A DNA stretch of 64,000 nucleotides. Source: Minutocellus sp. GHC0000111. Its lineage: Eukaryota. The DNA lies in the NCBI GenBank assembly GCA_977018835.1, contig OZ361258.1, positions 3,472,001 through 3,536,000 of the forward strand. The letters are read 5' to 3'. The translations under genes and the position numbers were made by a program. Shown piece by piece: positions 55,847-64,000 of the stretch. How positions within the stretch are numbered: position 1 is the first letter of the stretch; each line of letters begins with the position of its first letter. The notes under the pieces were generated by a model. The model ran no database searches. It saw only the letters and a list, made by a program, of their open reading frames with translations, and was not told where the DNA came from.

Positions 55847-57813
55847 CTATATCTGGTCGAAGTATGTGTCTTCAATGTCTTCTTTGACGACCAACTCCTT
55901 GAGACCGGCCTCCCAAGTCTTTATCCATTCATTTGCATTGAAAAGAGGCGACGAGAAACGGTTCTTCTCCAATCGGTCCCTGATATCACTGTACCACTGA
56001 GCGTCAGTCGCACACTTGACCATTACATCCTCATATGCCCTCATATCCGATGCAACCAGCTCATCCAAACCCAATGTTTGAAGAAAGCTTGCACCTACTC
56101 GACTGGGCATCTTGTCTGTATCTACCTCACCATTTCTAGCAGGATTTGAGCGAAGCAATGAGAGCATTGGTATGCCATTGACCAAACAATCACACCCGGT
56201 GGTGTGGGCGTTGTACGCTGGAGTATCAAGAAACAGGTCTGCCACACGAAGTCGCAAAAGATGATCGTTTCGAGGAACCTTTTCAGAAAAGACGAGTCGA
56301 TCCTCTCCAAGGCCAAACTCTTTCGAGGCAATCATTCGAAGATTTTGTTCCATTTCAACACCAGCACTCAGTATCCACAAATAAGATGCAGGCACTCGAG
56401 TCAATGCTCGGAGCCACGTTCGAAACGTTCTAGGATCAATCTTATCGGACCGGTGATGTGCACAATAGATGAATCCATCTTCTGGGAGTCCGACTTCTTC
56501 TCGGGTTACTTCACAAACGCTTCCATTCATTCCGTTTGTTGGGAGATAACGATGCGAATTGACAAAGAAACAGTTTGGCATATACAGTTTCCGCTCAGAA
56601 TAGTACTGCTGCAAGTGGACCGGAACAGTGACTTTATCACACACGATGTAATCGATGAGAGGTGGACATCCACAGGTCGCAGGAAAGCTCCATGTGAGAT
56701 TTGTATCGGAGCTACACGATAGGCCAGTATCTCAGCTTCATTGGCAGGTCCATTGTAAATGGTCAGGTCCACCAAAATATCGAGATTGACGCCTCGTATT
56801 GTTTCAGCAGAGTCGTAAGGAGAACCCAGCAATTCTCTCCACCCACCAGATGCCGAGGCGGCTCGAATCTTTTCAACCTCTGGGCTTCCATCATAATGCA
56901 TGAGTGAATAAATATAGACCTCAAAGCCATTCGAATGAAATCGAAACACATCCTGCATCAAAAAGCCCAACGGATGCCTCCCCGTAAAATCGTTAGACAA
57001 ATATCCAATGCGCACTTTCCCCGTTTCTTTGTATCGGCTTGCTCGTGGTGATAGGTCCGGCAGAGGCAACGCTTTATTGACACTGGCGAGAGCCCTGGCA
57101 CCATATTGCGCGCCAATTCTCGCGGCATCGGACACGGATAAACAAGGCCACATGAGCGCCTCATAAGGATGCACGGTCGGTAACTGATTTGCCTCCAAAC
57201 TGGATCTAACAGTGGCAACCAACGCTGCGCAGTCATCATCATATCCACTCCAATCGCACACATTGGCCTTGCACCTAAACAATGAGGAGGCGGCTCGCTC
57301 TCGAGAAGTCTCATCGGTCAAAGTAGCATCGTCCAGCACCGCCTTGAACTCGATGGCTGCCTCGCTGTACTTTTCACGTTCCAGCAGCAGACTTCCGAGG
57401 CCTAATCGATCGAGTGGATCGTTGTAAAGGCTTATTCTGGCTCTAAAGACGTCCTCAAATGCTGCAAAGAGGCCTGGTACATTGGCGTTGGTTTCATGAG
57501 CTTGCGCAAGTTGTGCGAATGCAGCGTCCGTGTCATTCTGCGCTAAGGATTGTCTGGCTGATTCCACCAGTTCCTCGGCAGTAGGCGATATTATGTGCAG
57601 GGATGATGTACTGCGCCTAGTAGTGGCAGTTTGCCATTTCCTTTTGCTGCTGCCAATCGGTGGTGAATGCAGTTGAAAACGATGCACCTGAAATGCTGTT
57701 GCTGTGCCGGGAATGAGGCCTGCTGCACCAGAGGCAACAAGAGTAGCGATGCTTGGAAGGGCAATGACTGCACGGCGATTCCTGCAACGCTGGCAGCGCT
57801 CTATCTCTACCAT
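55847..57813 (-). CDS. GT41 (OGT/SPINDLY-like) glycosyltransferase with TPR-like region and putative plastid presequence; frameshift near 56690
   Basis: VRIGYLSNDFTGRHP.GFLM, LDILVDL..Y, LAYRVAPIQ, DYIVCD, MPNCFFVNSH, KIDP..F..W, ADLFLDTPAYNAHTTGCD, MPSRVGAS. Confidence 0.85.
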
Positions 57814-58506
57814 CTTGGTCTCCTCTTGCTTGGACAATCTCTTGCTTGGACAATCTCTTGCTTGGACTCCTCGCCTGATCTGCCGACATTGAGTCATTGA
57901 GTGAGCGAGCGAGTGTGGCAGAGTGGCAGAGCCTACACGTAGAGTGAGACGACGCCCGACGACAAAAAGACCGACAATGATAGGAGTGATGGGAAGGAAG
58001 AAAGTCGATACGTGGCAAAACGGAAACGGTGTCAGAAGAGCCTTATCGGTAGACATTTTAGAGGCCGAATTGGAACAACATCGAAGCGCTTGACGACGCG
58101 CTTTCTTGTGTCCAGTCAAAACTCTCTCTGCCAAGCAAACCGAAAAGCAAGCGAAGAAGCTCATCCCTGCCCTCGCGTGTTCTTGCCTGGCAGCAATTCA
58201 ATGGACCTTAACTGTTCCGTGTTCGTCTTTCTTGCGCTCACATTCATCGGCAGTTGACAATTTGCTTCCGCCTTAATCTGTTGTAGACGACGACCCATCG
58301 TCATATGCATCCACTCTTTCACGTGTTTTTCTACTTCTCTAGAATTGGTAGGACAAACCTCATCGGCCTACAACCTCAAGAGCCGACCCGACAATAGAAG
58401 TTCGAACGTCGAAGAAACAATCTTAGTTGCCCCTTGAGGTTTGGTCATTCTTTCATCGCTTTATTTCCCACATCCTTGGCCAACGAGGCACCAAGCGGGC
58501 ACAAGC

Positions 58507-59204
58507 ATGTCCTTCACAGATGAAGAGGCCGACCGCTACTTTGATGACCGACAAAGTTCCGACCGACCACAACTACGCCTACAACAACAGATGCAGAACC
58601 GATCCACACCAAAACCAACTACCCGCCCAAGTCTCCAGGGCACGAGGTCACCCAGCGAAAGGAGCATCACCTTTGGAAGTGTCGACATAACCTCATTTCC
58701 TGTGGCGATTGGTGAAGGGCATGGACCTCCTCGGTCCGGTGGGCCTCCAATATCTCTGGCAAAAAATCCTGTGTCGACTGCATCGTTCGATTTGGAGCAC
58801 TACGAAACGAACAGAGAAAAGAGGCGACAGGCCGAAGAGATGATAACCCCACCAAACTTACGGGAGGTGAGATGAGAAATAGTACCGTAGGAAATCTACG
58901 TATTGAACATTATTTCTCTGTTCTACAAATGAAATAGTACTGATATTGTAACATCGAAGCTCAACACATTCTCTCCCTCGACCATTTCATTACACAGGAC
59001 CTTCTGAGGGAAGCTGGATATAGCACATCGCAGATCTACGAAAGTATGCGCAAGGCATCACATATCCAGCAACAACGCAAGGCGAGCAAGAAAGGAAATG
59101 TCATTTTGCAAACCCTCCGTGAGCAGCTCCAACAGGTTTTCTCGAATAGCAAACGGAAAGGACGGAACTCACCGCCGCGTCCTGTCCTTGCAAAGTCGGC
59201 TTAG
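58507..59204 (+). CDS. 'GDNPSC' family protein, short paralog 2; intron 58867-58997
   Basis: RSITFGSVDITSFPVAIGEG..GGPPISL...DLEHYE...PPNLRE|DLLREAGYS; exon 2 is open to TAG at 59202-59204. Confidence 0.72.
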
Positions 59205-59313
59205 ATAAGAACGCAATATAAGTGAAAAGTATTTGTAAAATGACATTTATTTGTCGGTGGCACGAGTAGTACGTACAAGGTATTGAAAAAAATATTGAGG
59301 ATATTTTTCGATT

Positions 59314-60630
59314 CTAATTCTTTGACGACCCACCGTTCGCCTGCATTTTTCTCTTTAATCTGGCAAACCGTCGACGCAAAATCTCCTTGAGCTCCTCTAG
59401 TTTGTGAAATCTAAGTTTCCGAACAGTCTCTTCTCGCTCGTTCTGCGTTCGTTGGACATCTCTCATCGCCTCGTACATTTGCTTGGAACCAAAGCCTACC
59501 TTTCGAAGCCAATCCTGTCGAAGAAAAAATATATAGGTTAAGAATCAGAGGAACATGGTGAGAATGTGACGGCACAGATATTACAGCAATGAAGAATGCA
59601 GACGTCAGATTAGTGCAGAATACGAATGCATCAACCTCACCTCTCTCTGTTCCGGAGGGGCAATCATTTCTTCCTTCTGACGCCGTTCGGGCCGTCTCTC
59701 TTCGTAGCTGTCAAGATCCAACGTCCTGGTTTGGAAGGGCTTCCACTCCAGCGTTACCGGAGGTCCCGTCGCCGTGCAACTGGGATTGTCACCCAGCTCC
59801 CTTTGATGCATTTGTATAGTAATGCTATCCCACCGTACGGACCGAGACGATCGAGAGGAGGACTGAGACGATCGTTTCAAGTTATTACCTGTACTTCTGC
59901 TGGTGCTAGAAAGATCAGCAGGCAACTCTGATCCCTTATCCGATGAATGCACAGAGCTCCTATTGGTCTTGGCAGTGGTTTTGGTCTTGACATTGGCCGA
60001 TGACGCCACATTGGTACCGGCCGAGCACCTTCTCGATGATGAGGACGATGGCAGCAGGAGCGATTCATGCTTGGCATCAATGGCCGCTAATAACAATTTC
60101 TCGTCTTGTTCTACATCGCCAGTTAACGCCACTGCCGAACCCAGTACCGGGTACAAACTACTATTGCTGTTCATCAAGTCACTTGCACTTGAATGGTTCG
60201 AACTGTGCGCTTGTGCCTTCGTTATATCTGCCGATCGAGAAGCACCAGAAGTGCTGCTAGTATCGACCGCTGAGAATCCAAGGGAAGCAGCCGAAGACTG
60301 TGGCTGGGGCGGTGGACGGACGAAGGAGCCAATGTGCTCCACACTCACAAGGCTCTCGTGGTGTTCTATGGTGTGGTCAGGAGCTTTCTTAGCAGCCTTG
60401 CGCGCCTTGTTAGTGCTGCGTGTGGTGGATCCTGCATCGTCGCTCCTGCTTGTACCACTTTCGCATAAATGCAATGAGGCCTCTTTCTTCCTGCCATGTG
60501 CGGCGCTACTGCCACACGTTTCTTCCCCTCCGACTGCGCTATCCGAGCATTCGCCCACCACAGATGCCGCATTTAGCTTTGGACTACCACCGCGAGAGCG
60601 GCGGCGCTTTGGATACGAGCCCGTCGACAT
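59314..60630 (-). CDS. 'GDNPSC' family protein, paralog 3; intron 59640-59515 (ORF open upstream to 60732)
   Basis: RSVRWDSITIQMHQRELGDNPSCTATGPPVTLEW...DLDSYE...PPEQRE|DWLRKVGF; exon 2 is open to TAG at 59316-59314. Confidence 0.75.
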
Positions 60631-61135
60631 CCTCTTTGTTGATGATTCGCCGAGATTCGTTGCATACATCAGCGAGGAAAGGCCGTACACAGCAAAAAGA
60701 ATTGTTGATGTTTGTGCTACGCGGCGGTGCACTTGAATGTGTCACTTTTTCACAACTTCGGGAAGAGATCCAAGGCGAAGATGACGCGCCCTTCCTCTTC
60801 CATACGCGTAGGTTGGGATCTCAGCTTCTTGACTCTATCACTTTGGCTCTCCGGATTCTCATTGCAAAGTACACAGCTGGAAATTCAATTCGCCGTTGTG
60901 CGCCGTCTGTTTGCAAAATGCCTTGCGGCTTTGAGTATTTCGATCTGACTCCATCCTGACGTCGACGACCGACCGCAAGGCCATTTTTGTAGCCATCAAT
61001 TTCCTCTTCATAATTGCGTTCGCCGTTCGCCAATGGCTGCTGCTACTGGATTGAGAGCGCGAGAGCCGATCCGAGACGAGTCCTTTCACTGCCCAGCCAG
61101 CCCATTACTATTGTCAACATAAAACAGAGCTCAAG

Positions 61136-62698
61136 ATGAGGAGATCGGGCTCGTCTTCGTGCATGCTGAGGCCGAAATCGTCCATGTCCTCCGAGGACCT
61201 TCGAAAGCTGGCCGAAGAACCTCCCCTCACCATCACCATGGTCAATACCACCCGGCTGGCCACGTATTCCACCGAGCGGTATTACATGCTGAGCGAGTTG
61301 GAGCAGAATGCCTCCTCGGTCGAATTTGTCTGCGATCATGGTGGCAGTGCCGGTATCGGCGGCCCACAGCAGCACGTGCCATTACAAGCACAAGCACAAA
61401 ACGGAGAAGAGGAAAAGGCGCCTCAGTCCCCATCACCAACACGATCATCATCACTCCCACCGTACGTGTTGCTGTACCTGCTTTGGAGGCCCAACACATA
61501 CCCCTCCCCAAGATCCTTCGTGGAGGGACCAGTATTGGACAATGTGAGACGGATCCTGGAGCTTGGCGGCGACGAAGAACACGTGTCGAAACTGTTCGAT
61601 GGCGGCGGCGGCGGCGGCGGCAGTAGCACCAATTCCTCACCGTCGACATCGCCCACCACACCGTCCAAGCCGTTGTTTAGTTTCGGTGGCAATGGCAGCA
61701 TGGCTGCGGCACCAGCAGCTACCAGGAGGGCGTCGTTCGGTCGAAGAGCATCCTACAGAGATAACTCGACGGGAAAGACCGTGACGGTGGACGCCAGAAC
61801 CAAACTATATGTTTGCATCGATCGAATATCGCCCCCATCGTCGGCGGCAGCCGAGGGAGGACATGGATTGGGACTAGGACTGGATTCAACTGGAATTATA
61901 AGTGAAGACACCACAAAGGAAAACGGAGACGACACCAACGGTGATCCACTTCACTCATCAGAGTACAGCGACATCCACTCCCTGCGATCGGCCGACGAGC
62001 AGGCACGACGGCAGAGACAGCACGCTGTGGAGACGCAAATCGCCGAGGCCGTGGCCAAGACCATATCGACTCATCCCATCCTCCGTGGAGTTGTCGAGGG
62101 TGTTTCGGTGGGAACCACCGCCGAGGTACGGGCGGCACCAGCGCTGGAGGTTTGTCTGAAGGCCATAACGCACGGCAGTGGAGAACGAAGGAGGCAGGGA
62201 CGTGCATTGCAGCGGAGACAGATGACCGATATTGCAAGAGGACACAGCAGCAATGGGAGCTATGTGCAGGTAGATCCGATGCGAAGTCCGATTTGCTTAA
62301 TGGCGCCAGATCCGGACGATTTGGTCGGTCTCGATCCGGAGGAAGATGCTGACGCCGTCAAGGGGGCCATTCAAAGCATCACCGTCGCCGAATGGAACGG
62401 CAATGGTGATGCCGTGTGCTTCGCTTCGAGGGCCATGGAAGAGTGGAGAAAACGCAACGGGTTGGAGAATGAGGCCGCAACCCCTGGGTCACCATCTCGG
62501 ATGACATCGGCCCGCAAACGAGCCCGGCAACGTCTTACCAAACGCAGCAACAAGTATGATGACGGTGAGGCCGAGGATATAGCACAGACCATGGTGGTGG
62601 CGTTCGTAATCGCCGCCCTTGCCTTCCTCTGGACCAAATACCGGGAATCGATTTGGAATAACCTGTTTGAGGCAATACAAGGCATCTATGGAAAATAG
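61136..62698 (+). CDS. Hypothetical tail-anchored protein
   Basis: 520-codon ORF with coding-like composition and a single C-terminal hydrophobic helix (MVVAFVIAALAFLW); no family recognised. Confidence 0.65.
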   Translation: MRRSGSSSCMLRPKSSMSSEDLRKLAEEPPLTITMVNTTRLATYSTERYYMLSELEQNASSVEFVCDHGGSAGIGGPQQHVPLQAQAQNGEEEKAPQSPSPTRSSSLPPYVLLYLLWRPNTYPSPRSFVEGPVLDNVRRILELGGDEEHVSKLFDGGGGGGGSSTNSSPSTSPTTPSKPLFSFGGNGSMAAAPAATRRASFGRRASYRDNSTGKTVTVDARTKLYVCIDRISPPSSAAAEGGHGLGLGLDSTGIISEDTTKENGDDTNGDPLHSSEYSDIHSLRSADEQARRQRQHAVETQIAEAVAKTISTHPILRGVVEGVSVGTTAEVRAAPALEVCLKAITHGSGERRRQGRALQRRQMTDIARGHSSNGSYVQVDPMRSPICLMAPDPDDLVGLDPEEDADAVKGAIQSITVAEWNGNGDAVCFASRAMEEWRKRNGLENEAATPGSPSRMTSARKRARQRLTKRSNKYDDGEAEDIAQTMVVAFVIAALAFLWTKYRESIWNNLFEAIQGIYGK

Positions 62699-63269
62699 AT
62701 TCACCGGTAGATTTACAGTGGAAATTTAATGAAACATCAACTGGTTGCTTTTTTTCTTCAAGAAATTGTGAGCTTGAGGTTGCGAATTCATGGTGAAGTC
62801 ATCTAGTCGAGTCTAACAAATGTAGTAGGCATTGCTTTATTATCAGCGGGAATTCCTACGTGCGCATACATGCAAGCGCCTTTCTATTACTTCGCAAGCG
62901 AGCTTTGTACCGATAAGAAGAGAGAAGAAGAAAAGATTTGCCGAGCGAGAGCCAAAAAATCCACGCGTAACAAGAGATACCCCCCTATCCAAAGAAACGG
63001 GGAAATCGCTTCATCAAACTGGGGGATATCTTGCGTGGTCCACTGACGTACGAAAAGCACCTTGCATGAGGTCGTTCTTTTTCGAGTTACTTAAAAATTA
63101 TATTGAACAGAAAGAATGTGATATTTATTGTCATTTCAATCATATGTTATTTTACTATTTAGTTTTCACCACACCTGAAAATGCTCCGTGAAGAACGAAG
63201 GCGCCGAACAGGTCGTCGACTGCTTCCTCGTATCATTTATTCCTTTAGTTTGCTCAAATTACGGTAACC

Positions 63270-63740
63270 ATGAACATTGTTGCTTTCGCTGCCCTTGTTG
63301 CTGGCACCGCCGCCTTCAACCCCCAGCTCGCTGGACGCGTCTCCACCGCCGTCTTCAATGAGATTGGCGCCGGCGGCATGGCCGACACCCGTAACCCCGA
63401 TGCCTTCGAGCACGAGGATCCCCGCAAGTCCATCTCCGCCGCTCCCTCCTTCGAGGAGTACTTGAAGATGCGTGACGGTGGCGGAGCCGCCCCCGCTCCT
63501 GCTCCCGCACCGGCCGCCGCCGCCCCCGCTCCCGCGTGGACCCCCCCTGCCCCCGCCCCGGCTCCGGCTGCCCCCGCATGGACTCCCCCCGCCCCGGCCC
63601 CGGCTGCCGGCGGTCACGCCGAGATCGGCGCTGGCGGCATGGCCGACACCCGTAACCCCGATGCCTTCGTCCATGAGGATCCCCGCAAGTCCATCTCCGC
63701 CGCTCCCTCCTTCGAGGAGTACCTCAAGTCGCGCCAGTAA
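63270..63740 (+). CDS. Small plastid-targeted protein with two near-identical 39-aa modules joined by a Pro/Ala linker
   Basis: MNIVAFAALVAGTAA-FNP presequence; EIGAGGMADTRNPDAF.HEDPRKSISAAPSFEEYLK twice; strong C-ending codon bias. Confidence 0.85.
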   Translation: MNIVAFAALVAGTAAFNPQLAGRVSTAVFNEIGAGGMADTRNPDAFEHEDPRKSISAAPSFEEYLKMRDGGGAAPAPAPAPAAAAPAPAWTPPAPAPAPAAPAWTPPAPAPAAGGHAEIGAGGMADTRNPDAFVHEDPRKSISAAPSFEEYLKSRQ

Positions 63741-64000
63741 GTCTGCTTTCGCGTGTTGAACAATTGAGCATGTCTGTTCTTCCGACATGCTCATTTTCAA
63801 GCACCCTGGAAACCGAGAGCAGCTAAACCGCTTCCGCATCCCGAGTATAACTTAAAGCATACGTATAATAGATCTGCGTTGCTGTATATACAAACTGAGA
63901 TATAATAGCCGTGTAGTGTTTATTGGGCGAGTGTTGATCACGATGTTGTTACCGGTACGTTCTGGTCATCTTCAACCCCTATGGCCGAAAAAGACAGTAC

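Overview
This is a 64-kb, gene-dense eukaryotic nuclear segment, almost certainly from a diatom. The evidence is short GT-AG introns, bipartite plastid presequences of the ASA-FAP type, RXL/KXXK cell-wall-type proteins and a CoDi-type Ty1/copia element. It holds about 22 protein genes. Recognisable ones include a DUF938 methyltransferase, RRM, Rieske, TPR/2OG-Fe(II) oxygenase, Naf1/Gar1, CBP/p300, PIG-H, plastid PPase, DUF1995/LPA3-like, nardilysin/insulysin, nuclear-encoded mitochondrial ATP synthase alpha, GT90 and GT41. There are also two paralogous KXXK-rich membrane-anchored proteins, a large EGF/TSP3 surface protein, three paralogous RVxF-like 'GDNPSC' proteins, a disrupted NYN-domain gene and a truncated copia retroelement. 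The strongest signal is in the retroelement and its 3' flank (about 40.1-45.9 kb). They carry dense, apparently TpA-specific transitions on both strands (TA>TG and TA>CA) that turn conserved Tyr into Cys/His and hit the protease DTG motif, while host genes are unaffected. This resembles a RIP-like defence acting on adenine rather than cytosine. The ancestral residues are inferred from my recollection of family motifs, not from an alignment. Scattered 1-nt indels in otherwise healthy genes suggest assembly error, so single frameshifts are treated cautiously.
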